From positions 1 to 34,472 of the forward strand of contig JBFYWX010000535.1 of assembly GCA_041310825.1 (NCBI GenBank): a stretch of DNA of 34,472 nt. Direction: 5' to 3'. The DNA is from Desulfobacteraceae bacterium. GTDB taxonomy: Bacteria; Desulfobacterota; Desulfobacteria; Desulfobacterales; SpSt-501. The stretch's first letter is position 1. The number at the start of each line of letters is the position of its first letter. This document shows, in pieces, positions 19,097 through 27,764 of this stretch. The position numbers were made by a program, and so were the translations under genes. The notes under the pieces are model-generated. The model ran no database searches, was not told the origin of the DNA, and worked only from the letters and a program-made list of their open reading frames with translations.

Positions 19097-19993
19097 ATGC
19101 GACCCGTGATCAGTCAAACCGAATTTCCCGGCCTTTCGCTGCTCAAGCGCGGCAAAGTCCGGGACATGTATGATTTGGGCGAACACCTGTTGATGGTCGC
19201 CACCGACCGGATATCGGCCTTCGATGTCGTCATGAACGAACCCATCCCCGACAAGGGCATCATCCTGACCCGGATTTCCCTCTTCTGGTTTGAGATGATG
19301 AAGACCCTCGTGCCCAACCACGTGGTCACCGACGCGGTGGCGGACTATCCGCAAACCTGCCGTCCCTACGCCGAGATCCTGCAGGGTCGCAGCCTGCTCG
19401 TGCGCAAAGCCGCCCCGCTGCCGATCGAGTGCGTGGCGCGGGGTTACCTCTCCGGCTCCGGGTGGAACGAGTACAAACAGTCCGGGGCGGTCTGCGGGAT
19501 CCGGCTTCCGGACGGCCTGCGGGAGTCGGACAAGCTTCCCGAGCCGATCTTCACCCCGGCTACCAAGGAAGAGGTCGGGGTGCACGACATCAACATCGAC
19601 TTCGCGGAGGCGCAGCGGCGGATCGGCCGCGAGCTGGCCGAGCGCGTGCGCGACCTGACCCTGGCGATCTACCGCCGCGGGGCCGCCTTCGCCGAGACCA
19701 AGGGCATCCTCATCGCCGACACCAAGTTCGAGTTCGGCTTGGCCGGCGAGGAGCTGATCCTGATCGACGAGGTGCTCACCCCGGACTCCTCGCGCTTCTG
19801 GCCCAAGGCCGCCTACGCGCCCGGCGGCGGGCAGCAGAGCTTCGACAAGCAATACCTGCGCGATTACCTGCTCTCCACGCGGTGGAACAAAACCCCGCCG
19901 CCGCCGCCCCTGCCGGAGGAGGTCATCCGCGGCACCCGCCAAAAATACCTCGACGCCCTGAAGCAGTTGAGCGGCAGCAGCCATGGTCTCTGA
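19097..19993 (+). CDS. purC: phosphoribosylaminoimidazole-succinocarboxamide synthase
   Basis: [12 protein letters not shown] and [13 protein letters not shown] motifs, 298 aa. AGGAGA lies 10 nt upstream of ATG 19097. The track ORF starts at 19055. Confidence 0.9.
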   Translation: MRPVISQTEFPGLSLLKRGKVRDMYDLGEHLLMVATDRISAFDVVMNEPIPDKGIILTRISLFWFEMMKTLVPNHVVTDAVADYPQTCRPYAEILQGRSLLVRKAAPLPIECVARGYLSGSGWNEYKQSGAVCGIRLPDGLRESDKLPEPIFTPATKEEVGVHDINIDFAEAQRRIGRELAERVRDLTLAIYRRGAAFAETKGILIADTKFEFGLAGEELILIDEVLTPDSSRFWPKAAYAPGGGQQSFDKQYLRDYLLSTRWNKTPPPPPLPEEVIRGTRQKYLDALKQLSGSSHGL

Positions 19994-21017
19994 AGGGGAA
20001 TGGCGTTCGGCCGACCCCCGGCTCGTCCCCTTAGATGAGATCGACGCGGACGACCTGCACTTCCGCATCACCACCCGCATCGAGATAGACCCCCTGGCGG
20101 CCTCGATCGGCCGTCTCGGGCTCCTGCAGCCCGTGCTGCTCAGGACCTCCGGCCGCCGTTGCATTATCGTCGGCGGCTTTCGCCGGGTGGCGGCCTGCCG
20201 GCAGCTTAGATGGCGCGAAATCCCGGCCCGGGTGCTGGCCCCGTCGGTGGCGGACGCCTGCTGCGCCCGGCTCGCCATCGGCGAGAATGCCCTGGTCCGC
20301 CCCCTGAACCTGCTCGAAACCGCGCGCGCCCTCGCGCTGCTCGCCGCCACCGCGCCCGACGGCCGCCTGCCGGCTGAGGATGCGGCCGCCCTCGCGCTGC
20401 CCTCGCACGCGGGTCTTGCCGCCCGCCTGATGGGGCTCGAGCGGCTGCCCGAGGCGGTTCGGGAGGGCATCCTGGAGGGGGCGATCGCCCTCGCCATGGC
20501 CGAGGAGCTCGGCCGTCTGGCGCCCGAGGCGGCCTCCGCCTTCGCGCGCCTGTTTCGCGAGCTCGGCCTCAGCCTGAACCGCCAGCGGGAGATCGTCTCG
20601 CTGGTGACCGAGATCGCCGCGCGCGAGAGCCGCCCGGCGCTGGAGATCCTCACCGAGCCCGAACTGAAGGAGATCCTGCGTGCCCGCGAGACCGATCGCG
20701 GCCACACGGCACGGCAGGTCCGCCGCCGGTTGCGCCGGCGCCGGTTTCCCGCCATCAGCCGCGCCGAGGAGAACTTCGAGGCCCTGCGCCGGCGCCTGGA
20801 GCTGGGCGAGCGCCTGCAGCTCACCCCGCCCAGGGACTACGAGGGCACCTGCTTCACCCTGAGCCTGACGTTCGAGACCCTGGAGCAGCTGCACGAACTG
20901 CGCGACCGGCTCGACACGCTCGCGCTCAGACCTGAGCTGCGCCGGATCTTAGAAGGCAAGGCGGAGGGTTTCGAACCCGAACCGCTGCCGCCGACAGGAC
21001 GCCGCCCCTGCCCATGA
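19983..21017 (+). CDS. ParB/Srx N-terminal-domain protein with ParB-like HTH region
   Basis: [10 protein letters not shown]...[21 protein letters not shown] corresponds to ParB box I/II, with GFRR in place of [24 protein letters not shown] is HTH-like. The C-terminal half is unrelated and helical. The start overlaps purC by 11 nt. Confidence 0.75.
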   Translation: MVSEGEWRSADPRLVPLDEIDADDLHFRITTRIEIDPLAASIGRLGLLQPVLLRTSGRRCIIVGGFRRVAACRQLRWREIPARVLAPSVADACCARLAIGENALVRPLNLLETARALALLAATAPDGRLPAEDAAALALPSHAGLAARLMGLERLPEAVREGILEGAIALAMAEELGRLAPEAASAFARLFRELGLSLNRQREIVSLVTEIAARESRPALEILTEPELKEILRARETDRGHTARQVRRRLRRRRFPAISRAEENFEALRRRLELGERLQLTPPRDYEGTCFTLSLTFETLEQLHELRDRLDTLALRPELRRILEGKAEGFEPEPLPPTGRRPCP

Positions 21018-22126
21018 GCATCACCGCGCTTTACATCGATGCCGCGGTGGCCGATCACCCGCAGACGGAGGAAATCCGTTCGCGCCTGGCGGTGCCGGCC
21101 CGGGTGGTGGCAGACCCGGCCGCGGTCTTTGCCGAAATCTGGGCCGCGGCCGACCCGGCCGGGCACGGCAAGCAGGTCTTGCTTCTCACCCGCAACCGGG
21201 GGGCTTTTTTGAAAGAGTGCCCCGGGACCCGGCACTACACCTGCTGCGGCTACCGGATCCTGCACGTCGGCAGCTACTGCACCATGGACTGCGCCTACTG
21301 CATCCTTCAGGCCTACTTTCACCCCCCGCTGCTGCAGTACTACGTCAATCACGAGGAGATGCTGCGCGAGTTGGAGAACTGCTTTTCGGCGCCCGGCATC
21401 CAGCGCATCGGCACCGGGGAGTTCACTGACAGCCTGATCTGGGAGCCCTGGTCGGGCCTCTCCCGGCGACTCGTTAGACGCTTCGCGGCCCAGCGCCGGG
21501 CCGTCCTCGAGCTCAAGACCAAAACCGTGAATATCGGCGGCCTGCTCGACCTGGACCACCGGCGCAAGACCATTCTGGCCTGGTCCCTGAACACCGAGCG
21601 GGTGATCCGTGAGCAGGAGCGCGCCACCGCCAGCCTCGACGCGCGCCTGCGCGCCGCGGCCCAAAGCGCCGCGGCCGGCTACCCGCTCGCCTTTCATTTC
21701 GACCCGGTCGTGATCTACGACGGCTGTGAGGCGGAGTACCGCCGGGTGGTGGAGCGGCTCTTTGCGGCCGTGCCCGCGGAGCAGGTCGTCTGGATCAGCC
21801 TGGGCGCCTTCCGCTTCATGCCGGAGCTCAAGGCCCTCATCCAGCGGCGTTTCCCGGACTCACAGATCGTTTACGGGGAGTTCATCTCCGGGTTGGACGG
21901 CAAGGCGCGTTACTTCAAGCCGTTGCGGATGCAGGTGTTGCGCCGCCTGGCGCAGGCCATCCGTGAATTCGCCCCGCACTGCTGCGTCTACCTCTGCATG
22001 GAAGACGACGAGCTCTGGCGCCATGCGCTGGGGGCTACCCCCGCCGAACAAGGCGGCCTGGCACGGATGCTGGATGCGGCCGCCGCACGCCACTGCGGGC
22101 TGGAAGAGGGGAAAAGCGGGCGGTAG
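21014..22126 (+). CDS. spore-photoproduct-lyase-family (SplB-like) radical SAM enzyme
   Basis: CxxxCxxC cluster motif C-TMD-C-AY-C followed by ILQAYF. Length (370 aa) and overall pattern fit the SP lyase / DNA repair photolyase family. ATGA overlap with the ParB-like gene. Confidence 0.75.
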   Translation: MSITALYIDAAVADHPQTEEIRSRLAVPARVVADPAAVFAEIWAAADPAGHGKQVLLLTRNRGAFLKECPGTRHYTCCGYRILHVGSYCTMDCAYCILQAYFHPPLLQYYVNHEEMLRELENCFSAPGIQRIGTGEFTDSLIWEPWSGLSRRLVRRFAAQRRAVLELKTKTVNIGGLLDLDHRRKTILAWSLNTERVIREQERATASLDARLRAAAQSAAAGYPLAFHFDPVVIYDGCEAEYRRVVERLFAAVPAEQVVWISLGAFRFMPELKALIQRRFPDSQIVYGEFISGLDGKARYFKPLRMQVLRRLAQAIREFAPHCCVYLCMEDDELWRHALGATPAEQGGLARMLDAAAARHCGLEEGKSGR

Positions 22127-22137
22127 GTGGGAGGAAC

Positions 22138-22195
22138 GGCGCATAAAGGCATTCGGCGTCAAGAGCGGCGTGTAAAGGCATCAGGCGTGAGGAGC
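22138..22195 (+). repeat. imperfect 29-bp tandem direct repeat (2 copies, 23/29 identical)
   Basis: GGCGCATAAAGGCATTCGGCGTCAAGAGC (22138-22166) / GGCGTGTAAAGGCATCAGGCGTGAGGAGC (22167-22195), aligned by hand. Confidence 0.7.
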
Positions 22196-22215
22196 GGCCC
22201 GCAGGGCGGGCCTTT
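22196..22215 (+). terminator. weak hairpin terminator after the SplB-like gene
   Basis: GGCCCGC-AGG-GCGGGCC followed by only TTT. Confidence 0.35.
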
Positions 22216-22266
22216 AGGAGCGCTGCGCTTGAGGCGGCCAATACGGGGTAGGGGATTTAAGCCGTC

Positions 22267-22956
22267 ATGAAATCCTGGGGGAATATCGTACAAAAGGTAA
22301 TCACACTCGGGTTGCTGCTGCTGATTCTGTGCGCGGGCGGGGCCGGGGCCGGGGAGTGGGTTTCGGTCCGGCGGGTGGCGGACGGGGACACGATCGAGCT
22401 CAACGACGGGCGGCTCGTGCGCTACCTCGGGATCGACACCCCCGAGATCGATCACGCGGCGGGAACAGCCCAGCCCTTCGGCTTCGACGCCCGCGCCCGC
22501 AACCGGGAGTGGGTCGGCTCCAGCCGGGTGCGGATCGAGTTCGACCTCGAACGCCGCGACGCCTATGGGCGCACCCTGGCCTACGTGTTCCTGCCCGACG
22601 GCTCTCTGGTGAACGAAAAACTCCTCGCGGCGGGGCTCGCCTTCTGCCTTGCCCGGGCGCCGAACCTTAAATACGCCGCGCGCCTGCTGCGGGCCCAGCG
22701 CGCGGCGATGGGGGCCCGGCGCGGGATCTGGCGCGATTGGCGCGAGAAACCCACCCGCTTCGTCGGCAACCGCAATTCACTCCGCTTCCACCGCTCCGAC
22801 TGCCCGGAGGCGCGGCGCATCCGGCCCGCCAACCGCGTCACCTTCAACACCCGCTGGGAGGCGCACTGGGCCGGCTACTCGCCCTCCCGGGAGTGCCAGC
22901 CCGATTTCGTCATCCCCGCCGACCCTACTCCTTGGCCTTCGCCACCGCCTCGATGA
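22267..22956 (+). CDS. secreted thermonuclease (SNase family) with Ada-type metal-binding-like C-terminal tail
   Basis: N-terminal signal/TM segment (VITLGLLLLILCAGGAGAG). SNase core: RVADGDTIEL...RYLGIDTPE...DAYGRTLAYVF..DGSLVNEKLLAAGLA. The tail is RFHRSDCPEA...NRVTF..RWEAHWAGYSPSRECQP. Confidence 0.8.
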   Translation: MKSWGNIVQKVITLGLLLLILCAGGAGAGEWVSVRRVADGDTIELNDGRLVRYLGIDTPEIDHAAGTAQPFGFDARARNREWVGSSRVRIEFDLERRDAYGRTLAYVFLPDGSLVNEKLLAAGLAFCLARAPNLKYAARLLRAQRAAMGARRGIWRDWREKPTRFVGNRNSLRFHRSDCPEARRIRPANRVTFNTRWEAHWAGYSPSRECQPDFVIPADPTPWPSPPPR

Positions 22957-25000
22957 TCTTCTGGGCGATGTGGGCGGGCACTTCGTCGTAGTGGGAGAAC
23001 TCCATGCGGTAGATCCCGCGTCCGCCGGTCATCGAGCGCAGGTCAGGGGCATAGGTCTGGAACTCGGCCATCGCCACGTAGGCGTTGATGATCTGGTTCT
23101 TGCCGGCATTCTCCATCCCCAGCACCCGGCCGCGCCGGCTGTTCAGGTCGCCCATGATGTCGCCCATGAACTCGTCCGGCGCAATGACGGTCACCTTCAT
23201 GATCGGCTCGAGCAGCACCGGGTCGGCCTGCTCGGCGGCCTTGCGGAAGGCGAGGGAGCCGGCGATCTTGAAGGCCATTTCCGACGAGTCCACCGCGTGG
23301 TAGGAGCCGTCGTCGACGGTGGCCTTGAAGTCCACGCAGGGGAAGCCCGCCAAAACGCCGCGCTGGGCCGATTCGACGATGCCCTTTTCCACGGCCGGGA
23401 TGTACTGCCGCGGGATGGAGCCCCCCACGATGGCGTCCACGTACTCGAACCCCTTGCCGCGCGGCTGGGGCTCGAACTGGACCCAGCAGTCCCCGAACTG
23501 GCCGTGGCCGCCGGTCTGCTTCTTGTGCCGCCCCTGGACCCGCACCTTTTTCTTGAGGGTTTCGCGGTAGGGGACCTTGGGAATGTTGAGCTGGACCTCC
23601 ACGTTGAACTTGCGTTTGAGCCGCTCGACGGTGGTCTCGATGTGGATCTGACCCTGCCCGTGCAGGATGATCTCTTTGGTCTCCGCCAGGCGTTCGATCC
23701 GCAGCGAGCCGTCCTCTTCCAGGAGCCGTGTCAGGGAGGTGAAGATCTTGTCCTCGTCGCCCTTGCTCTTGGCGCTCAGGGCGTAGGAGATGAGGGTCGG
23801 GATGGGCTCGACCGGGGTGAAGAGCACCTTGTTGGCCTCGTCGCAGAGGGTGTCGCCGGTGCCGGTCTCCTTGAGCTTGGCCACCGCGACGATAGCACCG
23901 GGGCCGCCGCCGCCGGGAGCCGGCTTCTGCTCTTTGCCGAGAATCACCAGGAGTTGGCTGAAGCGCTCGCGCGTCTCTTTTTTCGAGTTGTAAAAGGAGC
24001 CATCCGTCCCGAGGGTGCCTGAAAAAACACGGAAAATCGTCAGACGGCCGGCATAGGGGTCGGTGATGGTCTTGACCACCAGGGCCGAAAACGGGGCCTC
24101 CGGGTCGGGCCGGCGTTCGATCTCGGCCCCCGTCGCGGGGTCTTTGCCCATCTTGGGCCCGCGGTCGGCGGGCGAAGGCAGGGAGGCCACCACGAAGTCC
24201 ATCAGCAGGTCCACCCCGATGTTGCCGGTGGCGGACCCGCACAGCACGGGCACGAAGGTACGGGCGATGGCGCCCTTGCGCAGGGCGTTGCGCAGCTCCT
24301 CTTCGGTGAGGGTCTCCCCCTCGAGGTAGCGCTCGACCAGGGCGTCGTCCGCCTCGGCGATGTTCTCGATCAAAGTCTCCCGCTCCGCGGCGACCTCGTC
24401 CTTCATCTCGGCGGGGATGTCGGCCGCCTTGGCCTTGCCGTCGGGCCCGTAGAAATAGGCTTTCTGGGCGATGAGGTCCACGATGCCCTTGAAGCCGGAC
24501 TCGGCCCCGATCGGCAGCTGCAGGATGATGGGCTTGGGCTTGAACATCTCCCGGACGGCCGCGAAGGTGCGCTGGAAATCGGCCCGCTCGCGGTCGAGCT
24601 TGTTGATGAAGATGGCGCGCGGCAGCTCGAACTCATCCACGAATTCCCATCCCTGCTCGGTCTGGACCTTGATGCCGTCGACGGCGTCGATGACCACCAC
24701 CGCCGCGTCGGCCGCCTGCAGGCAGGTCTTGGTGTCGGAGAAGAAATTCTGGTCGCCCGGGGTGTCCATGAGGCTGATGGTGTGCTTCTTCCAGGGCAGC
24801 TGGTGGAAGCCGGTGCTGATGCTGGAGGTGCGTTTGACCTCCTCGGGCTCGAAATCCATGGCCGTGTTGCCTTCCTCGACCCGCCCCATACGGTTGGTCA
24901 CACCGGCATCGAACAGCAGGGCTTCGGCCAGGGAGGTTTTTCCGGCGCCCCCGTGGGCCACCAAGGCAATGTTGCGGATGCTTTCGACCTTCTCGCTCAT
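22925..25000 (-). CDS. elongation factor G paralogue (divergent EF-G-like GTPase)
   Basis: 691 aa with G1 AHGGAGKTS, DTPGDQNF, NKLD and EF-G domains II-V. The G domain differs from the canonical AHIDAGKTT / ERGITI motifs. It is not in an rpsL-rpsG-fusA-tuf context. AGGAGAGG RBS. Stop is TAG. Confidence 0.85.
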   Translation of the reverse strand: MSEKVESIRNIALVAHGGAGKTSLAEALLFDAGVTNRMGRVEEGNTAMDFEPEEVKRTSSISTGFHQLPWKKHTISLMDTPGDQNFFSDTKTCLQAADAAVVVIDAVDGIKVQTEQGWEFVDEFELPRAIFINKLDRERADFQRTFAAVREMFKPKPIILQLPIGAESGFKGIVDLIAQKAYFYGPDGKAKAADIPAEMKDEVAAERETLIENIAEADDALVERYLEGETLTEEELRNALRKGAIARTFVPVLCGSATGNIGVDLLMDFVVASLPSPADRGPKMGKDPATGAEIERRPDPEAPFSALVVKTITDPYAGRLTIFRVFSGTLGTDGSFYNSKKETRERFSQLLVILGKEQKPAPGGGGPGAIVAVAKLKETGTGDTLCDEANKVLFTPVEPIPTLISYALSAKSKGDEDKIFTSLTRLLEEDGSLRIERLAETKEIILHGQGQIHIETTVERLKRKFNVEVQLNIPKVPYRETLKKKVRVQGRHKKQTGGHGQFGDCWVQFEPQPRGKGFEYVDAIVGGSIPRQYIPAVEKGIVESAQRGVLAGFPCVDFKATVDDGSYHAVDSSEMAFKIAGSLAFRKAAEQADPVLLEPIMKVTVIAPDEFMGDIMGDLNSRRGRVLGMENAGKNQIINAYVAMAEFQTYAPDLRSMTGGRGIYRMEFSHYDEVPAHIAQKIIEAVAKAKE

Positions 25001-25079
25001 TGAACATCCTCTCCTGAATGGATTTTTTGCCCGGAAGCGGGCGGCAAACGCTGACTTTTATCTATTCAGGGTTTAAAAA

Positions 25080-25817
25080 TCAAGTCCCCAGGAGCATGAA
25101 AAACTCGCGGTTGCCCTTGGGGCCCAGCAGGGGGGAGGGGAGGGCGTCGGCGCATGCGACCCCGAGATCGCGGAAATAACGGGAGAGCTCCGCAAGCACC
25201 CGCGCGTGCTGGGCCGGGTCGCGCACGACACCGCCCTTGCCGACCTCGCCCTTGCCGACCTCGAACTGGGGTTTGACGAGCGGCAGGATGCGGGCCCCCG
25301 GCTTGCGGAAGGAGAGCACGGCGGGCACCACGAGCTTGAGCGAGATGAAGGCGACATCGATGGTGATCAGGTCCACCGGCTCGGGCACCCGGGCGGGATC
25401 GATGCGGCGGATATTCGTGCGTTCGATGACGACGACCCGCGGGTCCTGGCGCAATTTCCAGGCGAGCTGGCCGTAGCCGACGTCCACGGCGTAGACCCGC
25501 ACGGCCCCGCGTTGGAGCAGGCAGTCCGTGAAGCCGCCCGTCGAGGCGCCCACATCCAAACAGACCCACCCGCCGACGTTCAGCGCATAACCATCGAGGG
25601 CGGCCTCGAGCTTGAGGCCGCCGCGGCTGACATAGGGCAGCCCGCCGTCGGCCACCTCGATCCGCTGCCCCGCGCCCACCATCAGCCCGGGCTTGCCGGC
25701 GGGGCGGTCCCCCACGCGCACGGCCCCGGCCATGATCAGGGCCCGCGCCCGCTCGCGGCTCGGCGCGAGGCCGCGTTCGGTCAGCAGGAGGTCCAATCGC
25801 TTGCGGTCGGAAGGCAT
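25080..25817 (-). CDS. tlyA: TlyA-family rRNA 2'-O-methyltransferase
   Basis: S4-like N-terminus (RLDLLLTERGLAPSRERARALI), YVSRGGLKLEAAL and the SAM motif LDVGASTGGFTDCLL. Confidence 0.88.
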   Translation of the reverse strand: MPSDRKRLDLLLTERGLAPSRERARALIMAGAVRVGDRPAGKPGLMVGAGQRIEVADGGLPYVSRGGLKLEAALDGYALNVGGWVCLDVGASTGGFTDCLLQRGAVRVYAVDVGYGQLAWKLRQDPRVVVIERTNIRRIDPARVPEPVDLITIDVAFISLKLVVPAVLSFRKPGARILPLVKPQFEVGKGEVGKGGVVRDPAQHARVLAELSRYFRDLGVACADALPSPLLGPKGNREFFMLLGT

Positions 25818-25841
25818 GCAGCACCGTTTTGCGGCGGCCTG

Positions 25842-27764
25842 CTACGCCGAGCGCACGATGACCGGCGCAACGGCCCGGCCGCTCCGCCGCAGCAGTCGGT
25901 CGGCCGCCTTCACAACGGCGGCGGCATCCAGACCGTAGTTGGCGCGCAGAAGCTGCGGCGGGCCGTGTTCGACGAAACAGTCCGCCACCCCGATGCGCTC
26001 GACGGCGGCGTGGGTGATCCCCTCGTCGCTCAGGAGCTCCAACACGGCGCTGCCGAACCCGCCATGAAGGACATGCTCCTCCACCGTGATGATCCGTGGC
26101 ACCCGGCGCGCGAGATCGGCGATCAGCTCCGCGTCGATCGGCTTGACGAAGCGGCAGTTGACGACCGCGGCCCGGATGCCGCGCTTCGCCAGCCGTTGAT
26201 GGGCCTTGAGCGCCTCCTGGACCCCGCGGCCGATCGCAAGGACGGCCACATCCTCGCCGTCCACGAGCAGCTCCCCCTTTCCGATCGGAAGCTCCTTGAA
26301 TTCCGTGTCGAGCTCGACGCCCTCCCCGACACCGCGGGGGTAGCGAAAAGCGATGGGACCCTCGTGCCGGAGAGCGGTCGCCATCATCCGCCGCAGCTCG
26401 TTTTCATCCTTGGGCGCCATGACGACCATGTTCGGCATGCTGCGCAGGAAGGCGAAATCGAAAAGCCCCTGGTGGGTCGCACCGTCCTCGCCGACGATTC
26501 CGCCCCGGTCCAGGGCGAAGACCACCGGCAGCCGCTCCATGCAGACATCGTGCAGGATCTGATCGTAGGCGCGCTGCAGGAAAGTGGAATAGATGGCCAC
26601 CACCGGTCGGAACCCCTCCGCGGCCAGCCCCGCCGCAAACGTCACCGCGTGCTGCTCGGCGATGCCCACGTCGTAAAAGCGCTCCGGGTAACTCTGGGCA
26701 AAGCGGGAGAGCCCGGTGCCCTCGGGCATGGCGGCCGTGACGGCCACGACCCGCGGGTCGTGCGCCGCCAGCTCATGCAGGGTCCGGCCGAAGACCTCGG
26801 TGTAGCTCGGCCCGGTGGGGGCGCAGACCAGGCACTCCCCGGTCTCCACCTCGAAGCAGCCGCAGCCGTGGAAGTGGACGGGGTTTTTCTCGGCGGGGGC
26901 GTAGCCCTTGCCCTTGCGGGTGGAGACGTGCAGGAGCACGGGTTCCCGGATATATTTCACGTTGTTCAGGATGTCGATCAGGTGATCGATCTTGTGCCCG
27001 TTGATCGGGCCGAAGTACTCGAAGTTGAAGGCCTCGAAGAGCATGCCGGGTGTCACGAACGCCTTGAAGGACTCCTCGGTGCGTTTGGCCAGCTGGTAGA
27101 CGTCCTCGCCGATGCGCGGCAGCTTCCGGAAAAAAAAGCCGAGCTCCTTGCGCAGCTCCTGGAGCTTCTTGGCCGAAAAGGTCCGGCTCAGAAATGAGGA
27201 GAGGGCGCCTACGTTGCGCGCGATCGACATCTCGTTGTCGTTCAGGATGACGATGAGGTCCCGCTTGGGGTTGCCGCCGGCCTGGTTCAGCCCTTCGAAG
27301 GCCAGGCCGGCGGTCATCGACCCGTCGCCGATCACGGCGATCACCTTGGCATCCTCCTGCTTGAGAAAGTTCGCGCAGGCCATCCCGTAGCCGGCGGAGA
27401 TCGAGGTGCTGCTGTGGCCGGTGGTAAAAGCGTCGAAGGGACTTTCGCTGCGGCGGGTGAAACCGCAGATGCCGCCGTGCCGCCGCAGCGTCCGGAAGGC
27501 CTCCCGGCGCCCGGTGAGAATCTTGTGGGCATAGGCCTGGTGGCCGACGTCCCAGATCAGCTTGTCGCGCGGGGCATCGAACACATAATGGATGGCGATC
27601 GCCAGCTCGACCGCACCGAGGCTGGGGGCCAGGTGCCCGCCGCTCTGGGATACGACCTCCACGATCAGGCGGCGGATTTCAGCCGCCAGCTCGGGCAGCT
27701 GGGCGCGCGGCAGTTTTTTCAGGTCGGCCGGTGAGTTGATCGATTCCAGGAGGCTCATGGTCAT
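25842..27764 (-). CDS. dxs: 1-deoxy-D-xylulose-5-phosphate synthase
   Basis: 640 aa with GHQAYAHKILTGR and the TPP motif GDGSMTAGLAFEGLN. ATGA overlap with the ispA stop (ATG 27758 is an alternative start). Stop is TAG. Confidence 0.95.
   Translation of the reverse strand: MTMSLLESINSPADLKKLPRAQLPELAAEIRRLIVEVVSQSGGHLAPSLGAVELAIAIHYVFDAPRDKLIWDVGHQAYAHKILTGRREAFRTLRRHGGICGFTRRSESPFDAFTTGHSSTSISAGYGMACANFLKQEDAKVIAVIGDGSMTAGLAFEGLNQAGGNPKRDLIVILNDNEMSIARNVGALSSFLSRTFSAKKLQELRKELGFFFRKLPRIGEDVYQLAKRTEESFKAFVTPGMLFEAFNFEYFGPINGHKIDHLIDILNNVKYIREPVLLHVSTRKGKGYAPAEKNPVHFHGCGCFEVETGECLVCAPTGPSYTEVFGRTLHELAAHDPRVVAVTAAMPEGTGLSRFAQSYPERFYDVGIAEQHAVTFAAGLAAEGFRPVVAIYSTFLQRAYDQILHDVCMERLPVVFALDRGGIVGEDGATHQGLFDFAFLRSMPNMVVMAPKDENELRRMMATALRHEGPIAFRYPRGVGEGVELDTEFKELPIGKGELLVDGEDVAVLAIGRGVQEALKAHQRLAKRGIRAAVVNCRFVKPIDAELIADLARRVPRIITVEEHVLHGGFGSAVLELLSDEGITHAAVERIGVADCFVEHGPPQLLRANYGLDAAAVVKAADRLLRRSGRAVAPVIVRSA

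Noticed and set aside
18992-20824. 610-aa ORF on the minus strand
   Set aside because: It is antisense to purC and the ParB-like gene. Its extremely Arg/Ser/Ala-rich translation is not protein-like.
22649-24022. 457-aa ORF on the plus strand
   Set aside because: It is antisense to the EF-G paralogue. Its first part is the out-of-frame continuation of the thermonuclease region. No motifs.
25206-27197. 663-aa ORF on the plus strand
   Set aside because: It is antisense to dxs and tlyA, both of which have clear family signatures. Shadow ORF.
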